From NCBI GenBank assembly GCA_045223835.1, contig JBGUZS010000177.1, forward strand, positions 1 through 55,644: a stretch of DNA of 55,644 nucleotides, written 5' to 3'. Numbering within the stretch: the first letter of the stretch is position 1; each line of letters opens with the position of its first letter. Made by a program: the position numbers and the translations under genes. The stretch is from Oscillospiraceae bacterium. GTDB lineage: Bacteria > Bacillota > Clostridia > Oscillospirales > Oscillospiraceae. The notes below the pieces were generated by a model. It saw nothing but the letters and a program-made list of their open reading frames with translations. It did not search any database and was not told the DNA's origin. Shown here piece after piece: positions 25,908 to 36,331 of this stretch.

Positions 25908-27584
25908 ATGCGGACAAAAGAGGAAATCAGCGCGGAATATGCCCGGTGGAGGGCGGAGGCGAGGGATCCGGAGCTGGCCGCCCGCCTGAGAGAGCTGGAC
26001 AGCGCCGGGATCGAGGACGCCTTTTATCGGGACCTGGCCTTCGGCACCGCCGGGCTCAGGGGCATCATGGGCCCGGGGACGAACCGCATGAACCGGTACA
26101 CCGTAGCCTGGGCCAGCCAGGGTCTGGCGAACTATCTGAAGGGGCGCTTTCCCGACCCCTCGGTGGCGGTGGCCTATGACAGCCGCAGGCAGTCCGAGGT
26201 CTTTGCCCGGATCGCCTGCGGGGTATTCGCCGCCAACGGCATCCGGGCGCGGCTGTACCCGGAGCTGATGCCCACACCCTGCCTGAGCTGGGCGGTGCGG
26301 TCCCTGGGCTGCTCCGCCGGGGTGATGGTCACCGCCAGCCACAATCCCGCCCAGTATAACGGATATAAGGTATACGGGCCGGACGGCTGCCAGATCACCG
26401 CCCAGGCGGCGGAGGAGATCCTGGGGGAGATGGAAAGATTGGATCTCTTCCGGGATGTGCGGGAGATGGATTTCGAGGAAGCGGCGGCGAAGGGGCTGGT
26501 CTCCCGGATATCCCGGGAGACGGAGGACGCCTATCTCGCCCGGGTGCTGGACCAGAGCGTCCTGTACGGGGACGAGGCGGACCGGGGGGCGGCCATCGTC
26601 TACAGCCCACTGAACGGCGCCGGAGGAAAGCCGGTGCTCCGGGCGCTGCGGGAGAGCGGATTTACGAACGTGGCCGTGGTGCGGGAGCAGGCGGAGCCGG
26701 ACGGGGATTTTCCCACCTGTCCCAGCCCCAACCCGGAAAACCGGGAGGCCATGGAGCTGGGGTTGGAATACTGCCGCAGGCTGGGGGCGGATCTGTTCCT
26801 GGCCACGGATCCGGACTGCGACCGCTGCGGCGTCGCGGTAAGGGACGGAGGGGAGTACCGCCTCCTGACGGGGAACGAGGTCGGCCTGCTGCTGCTGGAC
26901 TATATCTGCGCCCAGCGGCTGCGGCATGGGAGGCTGCCCCGGGATCCGGTTTTTGTGAAGACCATCGTCACCACGGAGCTGGCGGAGAGGATCGCCGCCC
27001 GGTACGGGGTGCGGACGGTGAACGTCCTCACGGGCTTCAAGTTCATCGGGGAGGTCATCGCCGGGCTGGAGAGGCAGGGTAGGGAGGAGGACTATATCCT
27101 GGGCTTCGAGGAGTCCTGCGGCTACCTCACCGGCGACTATGTGCGGGATAAGGACGGGGTGGACGCGGTCCTGATGATCTGCGAGATGTACGCCCGGTAT
27201 CGGGCCCTGGGGATCACCCTGCCGGAACGGCTGGAGGCGCTGTACCGGGAGCACGGCCATAGCCTGAGCACCGTATATTCCTTCGCCTTCCCGGGATCCG
27301 CCGGGATGGAGCGGATGGCGGCGCGCATGGCCTCCTTCCGCCGGGAGCCGCCCGCTGCCTGGGGCGGAGAAAGGGTGGAAAGGAGCCTGGATTATGCCCG
27401 GGGCCTGGAGGGCCTGCCTCCCGGGGATGTGCTCAAGTTCTTCACGGCCTCCGCCTCCGTGGTGATCCGCCCCTCGGGCACGGAGCCGAAGCTGAAAGCC
27501 TATGTCACCGTTACCGCGGCGGACCGGGCCGCCGCCCGGGAGCTGGAGCGGCGCATCGCCGCAGAGCTCCGGGAACGCATCTGA
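25908..27584 (+). CDS. Phosphoglucomutase/phosphomannomutase-family phospho-sugar mutase
   Basis: Start moved to ATG 25908 (GGAG 8 nt upstream). Phosphoserine loop VTASHNPAQYNGYK, with metal and sugar loops present. 558 aa. Confidence 0.92.
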   Translation: MRTKEEISAEYARWRAEARDPELAARLRELDSAGIEDAFYRDLAFGTAGLRGIMGPGTNRMNRYTVAWASQGLANYLKGRFPDPSVAVAYDSRRQSEVFARIACGVFAANGIRARLYPELMPTPCLSWAVRSLGCSAGVMVTASHNPAQYNGYKVYGPDGCQITAQAAEEILGEMERLDLFRDVREMDFEEAAAKGLVSRISRETEDAYLARVLDQSVLYGDEADRGAAIVYSPLNGAGGKPVLRALRESGFTNVAVVREQAEPDGDFPTCPSPNPENREAMELGLEYCRRLGADLFLATDPDCDRCGVAVRDGGEYRLLTGNEVGLLLLDYICAQRLRHGRLPRDPVFVKTIVTTELAERIAARYGVRTVNVLTGFKFIGEVIAGLERQGREEDYILGFEESCGYLTGDYVRDKDGVDAVLMICEMYARYRALGITLPERLEALYREHGHSLSTVYSFAFPGSAGMERMAARMASFRREPPAAWGGERVERSLDYARGLEGLPPGDVLKFFTASASVVIRPSGTEPKLKAYVTVTAADRAAARELERRIAAELRERI

Positions 27585-27599
27585 AAACCGTCGGGTCGC

Positions 27600-27634
27600 G
27601 CCCCTCCGCCGGAGAAGCGGAGGGGCCGTTTTTT
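27600..27634 (+). terminator. Intrinsic terminator after the mutase gene
   Basis: GCCCCTCCGC, a 7-nt loop, GCGGAGGGGC, then CGTTTTTT. Confidence 0.85.
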
Positions 27635-27684
27635 CCCCGGCTGGGGCCGGTGTCCGGGAAGGGAAATCCATACGGAAAAAGGAA

Positions 27685-27713
27685 TTGCGATTTTCCTTTT
27701 CCTATGCTACAAT
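27685..27713 (+). promoter_or_regulatory. Promoter of the methyltransferase-ecfA1A2T-truA operon
   Basis: TTGCGA (27685-90), a 17-nt spacer, then TGcTACAAT (extended -10, ending at 27713). Confidence 0.65.
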
Positions 27714-27761
27714 ATAAAATTACTTGAATAGGCAAATCAGCAGATCGGCGAGGGACCGGAT

Positions 27762-28637
27762 ATGTGGGTCAGCGACAACTGGAAGGACTATGCGCTTCTG
27801 GACTGCTCCGACGGGGAAAAGCTGGAGCGGTGGGGCGGGTATATCCTCCGCCGTCCGGACCCCCAGGCCATCTGGAGCACCGGCCGGGAGGGCCTGTGGA
27901 ACAAGGCGGACGCGGTTTACCGGCGCTCCTCCTCCGGCGGCGGGCGTTGGACCCTGAGCAACGTGCCCCCCCAGTGGCAGGTGAGCTATGGGGACCTGAC
28001 CTTCCGCATCAAGCTCATGAACTTCAAGCATACGGGCCTTTTTCCCGAGCAGGCGTCGAACTGGGATTTTATCCGCCGCAGCATCGCCGGGGCGGGAAGA
28101 CCCATCCGGGTGCTGAATCTGTTTGCCTATACCGGGGCCGCCACCCTGGCCGCCGCGTCAGCCGGAGCCAGCGTCTGCCATGTGGACGCAGCCAAGGGCA
28201 TGGTGGGCTGGGCGAAGGAAAACGCCCAGGTATCCGGCCTGGGGGAGAAACCTATCCGCTGGATCGTGGACGACTGCCGGAAATTTGTGGAAAAGGAGAT
28301 CCGCCGGGGCAAGCGGTACGACGCCCTGATCATGGATCCCCCCTCCTACGGCAGAGGGCCCACCGGGGAGGTCTGGAAGCTGGAGGACAGCCTCTATGAT
28401 TTCCTGGAGCTCTGCGCCGGCGTCCTGTCTCCGGAGCCCTTGTTCGTGCTGATCAGCTCCTATACCACGGGCCTGCAGCCCGCCGTACTGACCTACCTGG
28501 CGGAAACGGTGTTTTCCCGCCGCTTCGGCGGCCGGGCGGAGAGCCGGGAGCTGGGCCTCCCGGTGGAGAAAAACGGCCTGATCCTGCCCTGCGGCGCGGC
28601 CTGCCGCTGGCGGGGCAGGGCCTGCGAGGATGATTGA
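27762..28637 (+). CDS. Class I SAM-dependent methyltransferase (RlmI/RlmK-like)
   Basis: 291 aa. SAM motif VLNLFAYTGAATLAAA and catalytic-type IMDPPSYG. Confidence 0.82.
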   Translation: MWVSDNWKDYALLDCSDGEKLERWGGYILRRPDPQAIWSTGREGLWNKADAVYRRSSSGGGRWTLSNVPPQWQVSYGDLTFRIKLMNFKHTGLFPEQASNWDFIRRSIAGAGRPIRVLNLFAYTGAATLAAASAGASVCHVDAAKGMVGWAKENAQVSGLGEKPIRWIVDDCRKFVEKEIRRGKRYDALIMDPPSYGRGPTGEVWKLEDSLYDFLELCAGVLSPEPLFVLISSYTTGLQPAVLTYLAETVFSRRFGGRAESRELGLPVEKNGLILPCGAACRWRGRACEDD

Positions 28638-28640
28638 ACC

Positions 28641-29483
28641 TTGAGCACCATCATTAAAGCGGAAAAGCTCGTCTATACCTACGAGGGGGCGGAAACGCCC
28701 ACCCTTCGGGGCCTGGACCTGGAGATCGAGGAAGGCAGCTTCGTGGCGGTGCTGGGGCATAACGGCTCCGGCAAATCCACCCTGGCCAAGCACCTGAACG
28801 GCATCCTGATCCCCACCTCCGGCCGGGTGCTGGTGGACGGGATGGATACGGCGAAGGAGGAAAATCTCCTGGCTGTGCGGCATACGGTGGGCATGGTCTT
28901 CCAGAATCCGGATAACCAGATCGTCGCCAATGTGGTGGAGGACGATGTGGCCTTCGGCCCGGAAAACCTGGGCATCGATCCGGCGGAGATCCGCCGCCGG
29001 GTGGACGACGCCCTGACCAGCGTGCAGATGTACGAATACCGGAACCATGCCCCCCATCTGCTCTCCGGCGGGCAGAAGCAGCGGGTGGCCATCGCGGGGA
29101 TCCTGGCCATGAAGCCCAGGTGCATCGTGCTGGATGAGCCCACGGCCATGCTGGACCCGGTGGGCCGGGGGGAGGTGCTGGATACCGTCATCCGCCTGAA
29201 TAAGCAGGAGGGGATCACGGTGATCCTGGTGACCCACCACATGGAGGAATGCATCGGGGCGGACCGGCTTCTGGTCATGTCCGGGGGCGCCATCCTGATG
29301 GACGGCAGCCCCAGAGAGATCTTCCCCCGGGTGGAGGAGATGGAGGCGGCTCATCTGGGCGTGCCGGACACCACCCGGCTGATCTACGCCCTGAACCGGG
29401 AGGGCTGCAGCCTTCCCCTGGAGGCCATCACCACGGAAGAATGCGCCCAGGCGCTGCTGCGCGCCTTCGGGCATAAGGAGTAA
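28641..29483 (+). CDS. ecfA1: ECF transporter ATPase EcfA1
   Basis: TTG start. GHNGSGKST, LSGGQKQRVAIAG, VLDEPTAMLD. Confidence 0.93.
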   Translation: MSTIIKAEKLVYTYEGAETPTLRGLDLEIEEGSFVAVLGHNGSGKSTLAKHLNGILIPTSGRVLVDGMDTAKEENLLAVRHTVGMVFQNPDNQIVANVVEDDVAFGPENLGIDPAEIRRRVDDALTSVQMYEYRNHAPHLLSGGQKQRVAIAGILAMKPRCIVLDEPTAMLDPVGRGEVLDTVIRLNKQEGITVILVTHHMEECIGADRLLVMSGGAILMDGSPREIFPRVEEMEAAHLGVPDTTRLIYALNREGCSLPLEAITTEECAQALLRAFGHKE

Positions 29484-29489
29484 GGGACC

Positions 29490-30356
29490 TTGACACCAGT
29501 TTTGCAGACGGTCCGATTGACCCATCGCTACAGCGAGGGCACGCCCTTTGAGCGGGTGGCGGTGGAAAGCGTGGACTTTTCCGCCCGGCGCGGGGAATTT
29601 ATCGCCATCATCGGACATACCGGCTCCGGGAAGAGCACCTTCATCCAGCACTTGAACGGGCTGCTGAAGCCCAGCTCCGGCAGCGTGCTCTTCGATGGAC
29701 GGGATATCCATTCCAGCAAGGAATTCACCCGGCAGGTACGCTTCCGGGTGGGCCTTCTGTTCCAGTATCCGGAGTACCAGCTCTTTGAGGAGACGGTGTA
29801 CCGGGATATCGCCTTTGGCCCGAAGAACATGAAGCTGAAGGAGGACGAGGTGGACGAGCGGGTCCGGGAGGCCGCGGACTTCGTGGGCCTGGAGGAGAGT
29901 CTGCTGGAAAAATCTCCCTTCGACCTCTCCGGCGGCCAGAAGCGCCGGGTGGCCATAGCCGGCGTCATCGCCATGCGCCCGGAAGTGCTGATCCTGGATG
30001 AGCCCACCGCCGGACTGGATCCCGGGGGCCGGGAGGAGCTTTTGGAAAACATCCTGCGCTACCACGACGGTGGCAAGCGCACGGTGATCTATATCACCCA
30101 CAGCATGGAGGACGCGGCCCGCACCGCCCAGCGCATCGTGGTGTTCAACCACGGCCATATCGCCATGGACGGCACGCCGAAGGAGGTGTTCCGCCGGGGC
30201 TTCGAGCTGGTGCAGATGGGGATCATCGTTCCCCAGATCACCCGGGTGATGATGCGCCTCCGGGAGCTGGGGCTGGATGTGGACGACGGCGTGTACTCCG
30301 TGGAACAGGCCCTGGCCGCCCTTCGGGAGAGAAAGGGGGGCGGGGACCATGCTTAA
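29490..30356 (+). CDS. ecfA2: ECF transporter ATPase EcfA2
   Basis: TTG start. GHTGSGKST, LSGGQKRRVAIAG, ILDEPTAGLD. Confidence 0.93.
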   Translation: MTPVLQTVRLTHRYSEGTPFERVAVESVDFSARRGEFIAIIGHTGSGKSTFIQHLNGLLKPSSGSVLFDGRDIHSSKEFTRQVRFRVGLLFQYPEYQLFEETVYRDIAFGPKNMKLKEDEVDERVREAADFVGLEESLLEKSPFDLSGGQKRRVAIAGVIAMRPEVLILDEPTAGLDPGGREELLENILRYHDGGKRTVIYITHSMEDAARTAQRIVVFNHGHIAMDGTPKEVFRRGFELVQMGIIVPQITRVMMRLRELGLDVDDGVYSVEQALAALRERKGGGDHA

Positions 30357-31155
30357 GGATATCACCCTGGGCCAGTACTATCCCGGGGATACCCTGGTCC
30401 ACCGGCTGGACCCCCGCACCAAGCTGATCCTCACCCTGGTCTATATCGTCGCCCTGTTTACGGCGGCGGTCTATGCCGGGTATGTCCTGGTGTTCCTGTT
30501 TCTGGCGGTGAGCATCCTGGTCTCCCGCATCCGGCTCCGGAGCATCCTCAGCGGGCTGAAGCCCCTGATCATCATCGTGCTGATCACCGGGATCCTCAAC
30601 CTCTTCTATACGAGGGGGGAGCATCTGCTGGTGCATTTCTGGCGCATCAGCATCTACTGGGAGGGCGTGGAGACCGCCATATTCATGGCCCTGCGGATCA
30701 TGCTCCTGATCGCAGGCACCTTGCTCCTCACCTATACCACCTCTCCGCTGCAGCTGACGGACGGGCTGGAAAGCCTGCTGAACCCCCTGAAGAAAATCCA
30801 TGTGCCGGTGCACGAGCTGGCCATGATGATGTCCATCGCTCTGCGCTTCATCCCCACCCTCATCGAGGAGACGGATAAGATCATGAGCGCCCAGCGGGCG
30901 CGGGGGGCGGATTTCGAGACCGGCGGCCTCATCGCCAAGGCGAAGGCCATGCTCCCCCTGCTGATCCCCCTCTTCGTCAGCGCCTTCCGCCGGGCGGATG
31001 AGCTGGCGACCGCCATGGAGAGCCGCTGCTATCACGGGGGAGACGGGCGGACCCGCATGAAGCAGCTGCGCATGGCCCGGCGGGACTGGATCGCCCTGGC
31101 TGTGGGCGCACTGCTCCTTGCCCTGGTGATCCTGCTCCGGAGGCTGGGGATTTGA
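30349..31155 (+). CDS. ecfT: ECF transporter T component EcfT
   Basis: Start moved to ATG 30349 (MLKDITLGQYYPGDTLVHRLDPR). Coupling helices contain SAQRARG and AMESRCY. It overlaps the ecfA2 stop. Confidence 0.92.
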   Translation: MLKDITLGQYYPGDTLVHRLDPRTKLILTLVYIVALFTAAVYAGYVLVFLFLAVSILVSRIRLRSILSGLKPLIIIVLITGILNLFYTRGEHLLVHFWRISIYWEGVETAIFMALRIMLLIAGTLLLTYTTSPLQLTDGLESLLNPLKKIHVPVHELAMMMSIALRFIPTLIEETDKIMSAQRARGADFETGGLIAKAKAMLPLLIPLFVSAFRRADELATAMESRCYHGGDGRTRMKQLRMARRDWIALAVGALLLALVILLRRLGI

Positions 31156-31916
31156 GACAGCTTGCCTTGCGCCTCAGCTACGACGGCTCCGCCTACCACG
31201 GCTGGCAGCGGCAGAAGGGCCTCCCCACGGTACAGGAGACTCTGGAGGAAGCCCTGACCAAGCTCTGCAAGGCTGAGACCCGCGCCTTGGGCTGCGGCAG
31301 GACGGACGCCGGGGTGCATGCCCGGAAATACTGCGCCGGGTTCCGGACGGAATGCGGCGTACCCGCCGACCGGCTGCCCCTCGCCCTGAACGCCCTGCTG
31401 CCGCCGGATATCGCGGTGCAGGCGGCCTGCGAGGTGGAACCGGGCTTTCATCCCGTGTTTTCCTGCCGGAAGAAGGAATATACCTATTATCTGCGTACCG
31501 GCGCGATCCGGGATCCCTTTGAACGGGACCGGGTCTGGTTTCGTCCCGGAGAGCTGGAGCTTGACCGGCTGCGGGCGGGGGCGGCACAGTTCCTGGGCAC
31601 CCATGATTTCGCCGCGGTGCGCAGCGTGGGTACCAATGTGAAGACCACCGTGCGGACGGTTTACGATTTTGCCGTGGAGCGGGAGGGGGATCTGTTTTCC
31701 TTCCGCATCTGCGCCAGCGGCTTCCTGTACAATATGGCCAGGGCGATGGTGGGCACTGTGCTCTATGTCTCCCTGGGGAAGCTGCGGCCGGAGGAGATCC
31801 CGGCGATCCTGGAGGCGGGGGACCGCTGCCTGGCGGGGCCCACCGTTCCGCCCCAGGGCTTGTACATGACCGGAGTCTGGTATGACGGGGAGGCGGGGAG
31901 GATGATGCAGGCATGA
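31152..31916 (+). CDS. truA: tRNA pseudouridine(38-40) synthase TruA
   Basis: Catalytic GRTDAGVHA. The TTG start overlaps the ecfT stop. This is the classic ecfAAT-truA synteny. Confidence 0.93.
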   Translation: MRQLALRLSYDGSAYHGWQRQKGLPTVQETLEEALTKLCKAETRALGCGRTDAGVHARKYCAGFRTECGVPADRLPLALNALLPPDIAVQAACEVEPGFHPVFSCRKKEYTYYLRTGAIRDPFERDRVWFRPGELELDRLRAGAAQFLGTHDFAAVRSVGTNVKTTVRTVYDFAVEREGDLFSFRICASGFLYNMARAMVGTVLYVSLGKLRPEEIPAILEAGDRCLAGPTVPPQGLYMTGVWYDGEAGRMMQA

Positions 31917-32995
31917 GACCGGTATTCAAGGGCGTTCTCCGCTTTCTGGGCGGCCTGTTCCTCCTGGGCCTGGTGGTCCTGGCGGCGGTGGGGATCGTTC
32001 AGAACGGGAGGGCGGGAGAAAAGACGGAAACCGCCTCCGCCTTCAGCTTTGATCCCTACAGCGAAAACCGCTTCACCGCCGTGGGGAGCAGCCTCCTGGT
32101 GAGCGCGGATTCCGGCCTGACCCTGTTCGACGGGGAGGGGGAGCTCCTCCTTTCCCGGTCTGCAGGCTACGCCGACCCCCTGGTCTTCTCCCGGGGAAAG
32201 ACCGCCGCGGTCTGGAGCCAGGAAAACAGCATCGCCCTGCTGATCAAGGAAGACGGCGAAACGGTGGAGGTGGGCCTCCCCGGCAGCGTGATCACCGGAA
32301 AGGTGAACACGCAGGGCTGGGGCGTCTTCCTGGCCCGGGAAGGGGGCAGTAAGGGCGTCGCCATTGCCGTCAAGCCCGATGGGCAGGCGGTGTACCGGGT
32401 ACGCCTGGGCAGCAGCTATCCCGTGGACGCGGATCTCTCCCCGGACAGCGGCAGTCTTGCCCTGCTCACCCTGCAGGGAGAGGGTTCCCACCTGGGGATC
32501 TACAGCCTGAACCAGGAGACGGAGCTGCGGAGCTGGTCCGGGGAGGAGGAGATCTTCTTCGAGGCGGCATACCTGAGCGGAAACGCGCTCCTCCTGCTGA
32601 GCACGGAGCGGGCGCTGTTCCTGGACGAGAGATGCGAGCCGGTGAACGAATTTGCCTTCACGGGGGAATTCCTGAAGGATTACGCGATCTCTGAGGAGGG
32701 CTTCATCGTCCTGGCCCTGGGGCGTCACCGGAACGGCAGCGCGGCCCGGCTGCTCACCCTGGATAAGGACGGCCGGGAGCTGGCCTCTCTGGAGATCCAG
32801 GGCGAGGTCCAGGGGCTGAGCGCCGCGGGGCGCTGGGTCTCCGTGCTGTATCAGGACCGGCTGGCGCTCTATGATCCGGAGCTGCAGGAAAAGGGCAGCC
32901 TGGAGAACGCTTCGGGCGTACAGGCGTCCCTGGTGCGGGAGGATGGCAGCGCCATCGTCGTCGCCGGAGGCAATGCGACGGTTTTTCAACCGTAA
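31913..32995 (+). CDS. Membrane-anchored repeat protein of unknown function (DUF5711-like by recollection)
   Basis: 360 aa. N-terminal TM LRFLGGLFLLGLVVLAAVGIV followed by beta-rich repeats. The ATG overlaps the truA stop (ATGA). Confidence 0.6.
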   Translation: MRPVFKGVLRFLGGLFLLGLVVLAAVGIVQNGRAGEKTETASAFSFDPYSENRFTAVGSSLLVSADSGLTLFDGEGELLLSRSAGYADPLVFSRGKTAAVWSQENSIALLIKEDGETVEVGLPGSVITGKVNTQGWGVFLAREGGSKGVAIAVKPDGQAVYRVRLGSSYPVDADLSPDSGSLALLTLQGEGSHLGIYSLNQETELRSWSGEEEIFFEAAYLSGNALLLLSTERALFLDERCEPVNEFAFTGEFLKDYAISEEGFIVLALGRHRNGSAARLLTLDKDGRELASLEIQGEVQGLSAAGRWVSVLYQDRLALYDPELQEKGSLENASGVQASLVREDGSAIVVAGGNATVFQP

Positions 32996-33088
32996 AGAAC
33001 GTACAGAGGGCTCAGGGACGGATCGGCGGAAATGAGCCCGCATAAATCGGCAGGGGTTCAGCTCCCCTAGCCTGAAGGAGGCAATCCC

Positions 33089-33766
33089 ATGATACATTGG
33101 ATCATCGATATCGTTCTGCTGCTTATTCTTGTCGGCTGCGCCTGGAAGGGCTACCGAAACGGGCTGATCCCCGGGATCTTCATGCTCCTGGCCCTGTTCG
33201 CCTCCCTCTATGGGGCGAAGCTGGTGGCGGAGACCTATTCCGAGGAGTTCATCTCCATCCTGGAGCCCTTTGCCAGCGGTCTCACGGACCGGGCCATGCG
33301 GGAGCTGGAGGACGAGGATGTGCTGCAGGGGAACGACGTGTATGCGGCCTCCAAGGCGATCCTGGAGGAGATCGGCTTCATGGGTTCCGCGGCGGAGAAT
33401 ATCGCCGAAGAGCTGGATAAGGAAGTGAACGAGACCGGGCATGTGCTCCGGGCGGCCATGGTGAAGCGGCTGTGTATCGATGTGGCCTATACCCTGACCC
33501 TGGTCATCACCTTTGTGCTCCTGGCCATTGCCTTCGCCGTGCTGGGGAATCTGATCAGCCTCTCCTTCCATATCCCCGGCCTGGAGGTGATCAACGGCGT
33601 CCTGGGCGCCGTCTTCGGCCTGGGGGAGGGGGCGGTGTTCGCCTTCTTCATTGCCTGGCTCCTGCGCTTCGGGGGCATGCTTCTGAAGAGCGAGATCGTG
33701 GAGGAGACCATCCTGCTGAAATGGCTCCAGTCCATGAATCCCCTGGTGGGCTTCTTCGGCCTGTAA
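33089..33766 (+). CDS. cvpA: CvpA-family membrane protein
   Basis: 225 aa. The N-terminal IIDIVLLLILVGCAWKGYRNGLI opening is typical of CvpA, and there are several TM helices. SD GAAGGAGG. Confidence 0.8.
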   Translation: MIHWIIDIVLLLILVGCAWKGYRNGLIPGIFMLLALFASLYGAKLVAETYSEEFISILEPFASGLTDRAMRELEDEDVLQGNDVYAASKAILEEIGFMGSAAENIAEELDKEVNETGHVLRAAMVKRLCIDVAYTLTLVITFVLLAIAFAVLGNLISLSFHIPGLEVINGVLGAVFGLGEGAVFAFFIAWLLRFGGMLLKSEIVEETILLKWLQSMNPLVGFFGL

Positions 33767-33817
33767 CGGGGCAAACCCCGGAACCCGCTTTTTTCCGGGA
33801 ATGGAAGAGGCTTGGAT

Positions 33818-33846
33818 TTGCAAGCCTCGGGATAACGTGATACACT
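33818..33846 (+). promoter_or_regulatory. Candidate promoter of the Clp ATPase gene
   Basis: TTGCAA (33818-23), a 17-nt spacer, then TGaTACACT (ending at 33846). Confidence 0.45.
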
Positions 33847-33897
33847 CATGTCAGGGAAGGGCCGCGGTCTTTCCCCCATGGAAAGGAAGGTGGACGG

Positions 33898-36192
33898 ATG
33901 CAGCCGCCGATTTGCTCAAGATGCAAAAAGAATGTGGCCGTGGTCTTCATCACGAAGATGGAGAACGGCAAAACCGTGAACGAGGGCCTTTGCCTGAAAT
34001 GCGCGAAGGAATTGAATATCCGGCCCGTGGAGGACCTGATGCAGAAGATGGGCATCTCCGATGAGGATCTGGACGGGATCAGCGAGGAGATGACGGAAGC
34101 CCTCAGCGGCGTGGACCATATCCCCGATGCGGACGGGGGGGACGACGAGAGCGGCAAGACCGCCACCTTCCCCTTCTTCAATAAGCTCTTCGGGGCCAAT
34201 CCCCCCAGCCAGGAAAACCGGCCCGGGCGGGAGCCCCCCAGACCGGAGCCGCCCCAGGCGCCCCGGGGACCGAAGAAAAAATTCCTGGAAAACTACTGCC
34301 AGGATCTCACCGGCAAGGCCCGGGACGGGAAGCTGGACCGGATCGTGGGGCGGGAGACCGAGCTGGAGCGGGTGATCCAGATCCTGAACCGGCGGCAGAA
34401 GAACAATCCCTGCCTCATCGGCGAACCCGGCGTGGGCAAGACCGCCATCGCCGAAGGCCTGGCCCAGAAGATCGCCGACGGGCAGGTGCCCTATAAGCTC
34501 CGGAATAAAGAGGTCTGGCTCCTGGACCTCACCGCCCTGGTGGCGGGGACCCAGTTCCGGGGCCAGTTCGAGAGCCGGATGAAGGGCCTGATCGACGAGA
34601 TCAAAAAGCAGGGGAACATCATCCTCTTCATCGACGAGGTGCACAGCATCGTGGGCGCCGGGGATGCGGAGGGCAGCATGAACGCCGCCAACATCCTGAA
34701 GCCCGCCCTCTCCCGGGGGGAGATCCAGGTCATCGGCGCCACCACCTTTACGGAATACCGGAAGCATATCGAGAAGGACAGCGCCCTGGAGCGCCGCTTC
34801 CAGCCGGTAACGGTTTCCGAGCCGGGGATCGAAGAGAGCGTCAGCATCATCCAGGGCATCGCCCATTATTATGAGGAGTTCCACTGCGTGCGCATTTCGG
34901 AGGAGATGTGCCGTCAGGCGGTGATCCTCTCCGAGCGGTACATCACGGACCGCTTCCTGCCGGATAAGGCCATCGACCTGATCGACGAGGCCTGCAGCGA
35001 CGTGAACCTGAAGAATATGGATATCGCCCGCAGCGCCAGCATCCATGTGGAAATGGAGGACCTGGTGAAGGAGCGGGAGCGGATCCTGGCCGCCCCCTAC
35101 GGGGAGAGCAGCGGGGACTATGCCCGCCTGGCTGAGCTGCGGAGCAAGGAGCTGCAGCTGGATGAGGAGCTCCATGATCTGGAGCAGCGTGGCTGGCCGG
35201 AGCTGACGCTGGAGAACCTGGCCCGGGTCATCGAGCTCTGGACCAAGATCCCCGCCAGCAGCATCAAGGAGGATGAGTTCCAGCGCCTGAGCAAGCTGGA
35301 TGAGCGGCTGAAGGCCCACCTCATCGGCCAGGACGAGGCGGTGGACGCGGTATGCGCCGCCATCAAGCGGAACCGGGTGGGCATCTCCCCCAAGCGCAAG
35401 CCCGTATCCTTCATCTTCCTGGGCTCCACCGGCGTGGGCAAGACCGAGCTGGTGAAGCGGCTGGCCGCGGATCTGTTCGACTCCCCCGAGTCCCTGATCC
35501 GCCTGGATATGTCCGAGTTCATGGAGAAGCATACGGTGAGCCGCCTGGTGGGCTCCCCGCCGGGCTACGTGGGCTATGACGAGGCGGGCCAGCTTACGGA
35601 GAAGGTGCGGAGAAGGCCCTACAGCGTCATCCTCTTTGATGAAATCGAAAAGGCCCATCCGGATGTGATGAACATCCTTCTCCAGATCCTGGACGACGGG
35701 CGGCTGACGGACGCCCACGGCCGGAATGTGAATTTCGAAAACACGGTCATCATCATGACTACCAACGCGGGCAGCGGCGAGCGCACCGGCAGCGTGGGCT
35801 TCGGCCGCACGATCTCCGAGCAGGGGAAGGAAAAGGCGCTGAAGGCCCTGAACGAGTTCCTCCGGCCGGAGTTCATCAACCGGGTGGACGAGGTCGTTTC
35901 CTTCAACCGGCTTACGGAGGAAAACTTCGTGGAGATCGCCCGGATCATGATGAACGAGCTGAAGGACAGCATGGCCGAGAAGGGCTACAGCCTGAGCTTC
36001 GACGAGGAGCTGCTGAAGTACCTGGCAAACAAGTCCTACTCCGTCACCTACGGCGCCCGGAACCTGCGGCGGCTCATCCAGCGGGAGGTGGAGGACGTGA
36101 TCACCCAGCTGCTGATCCAGAATTACGCCGCCAGCGTGAAGCTGATCGCCGTCACCATGCGGGACGGGGAGGTCCAGGTGGTCACCGCGTAA
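33898..36192 (+). CDS. ClpA/B/C-family AAA+ unfoldase with an N-terminal CxxC...CxxC zinc ribbon instead of a Clp_N domain
   Basis: 764 aa. The N-terminus is [34 protein letters not shown] followed by a Pro-rich linker. AAA1: [27 protein letters not shown]2: [25 protein letters not shown]. Candidate ClpP-docking loop GSVGFGR. Confidence 0.9.
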   Translation: MQPPICSRCKKNVAVVFITKMENGKTVNEGLCLKCAKELNIRPVEDLMQKMGISDEDLDGISEEMTEALSGVDHIPDADGGDDESGKTATFPFFNKLFGANPPSQENRPGREPPRPEPPQAPRGPKKKFLENYCQDLTGKARDGKLDRIVGRETELERVIQILNRRQKNNPCLIGEPGVGKTAIAEGLAQKIADGQVPYKLRNKEVWLLDLTALVAGTQFRGQFESRMKGLIDEIKKQGNIILFIDEVHSIVGAGDAEGSMNAANILKPALSRGEIQVIGATTFTEYRKHIEKDSALERRFQPVTVSEPGIEESVSIIQGIAHYYEEFHCVRISEEMCRQAVILSERYITDRFLPDKAIDLIDEACSDVNLKNMDIARSASIHVEMEDLVKERERILAAPYGESSGDYARLAELRSKELQLDEELHDLEQRGWPELTLENLARVIELWTKIPASSIKEDEFQRLSKLDERLKAHLIGQDEAVDAVCAAIKRNRVGISPKRKPVSFIFLGSTGVGKTELVKRLAADLFDSPESLIRLDMSEFMEKHTVSRLVGSPPGYVGYDEAGQLTEKVRRRPYSVILFDEIEKAHPDVMNILLQILDDGRLTDAHGRNVNFENTVIIMTTNAGSGERTGSVGFGRTISEQGKEKALKALNEFLRPEFINRVDEVVSFNRLTEENFVEIARIMMNELKDSMAEKGYSLSFDEELLKYLANKSYSVTYGARNLRRLIQREVEDVITQLLIQNYAASVKLIAVTMRDGEVQVVTA

Positions 36193-36219
36193 TACCACAA
36201 AACATCAGAAGAATACAGA

Positions 36220-36274
36220 ATCAGGAGGAGTACCCGATGGGCGTTCCTCCTGATTTGTTTGTTTTGTTTTGTTT
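36220..36274. terminator. Bidirectional terminator (left border of island 2)
   Basis: ATCAGGAGGA (36220-29) pairs with TCCTCCTGAT (36245-54), then TTGTTTGTTTTGTTTTGTTT follows. The minus strand is also T-rich after the stem. Confidence 0.8.
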
Positions 36275-36331
36275 GGGTGAATCTCGATCTATTCCTGCGC
36301 CGGAGTGCATAAAAAGAAAAGCGGATAGGAA

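Noticed and set aside
23902-36198. Long minus-strand ORFs 23902-25917, 25824-27671, 28158-30365, 31763-33823 and 33916-36198
   Set aside because: Each lies antisense to a well-supported plus-strand gene (ggt, phosphomutase, ecfA1/A2, truA/DUF5711-like/cvpA, Clp ATPase). Each has a Gly/Pro/Arg/His-biased composition without recognisable domains.
36255-36274. (TTTTG)n-like microsatellite TTGTTTGTTTTGTTTTGTTT
   Set aside because: It directly follows a 10-bp GC-rich stem, so it is best explained as the U-tract of the Clp ATPase terminator.
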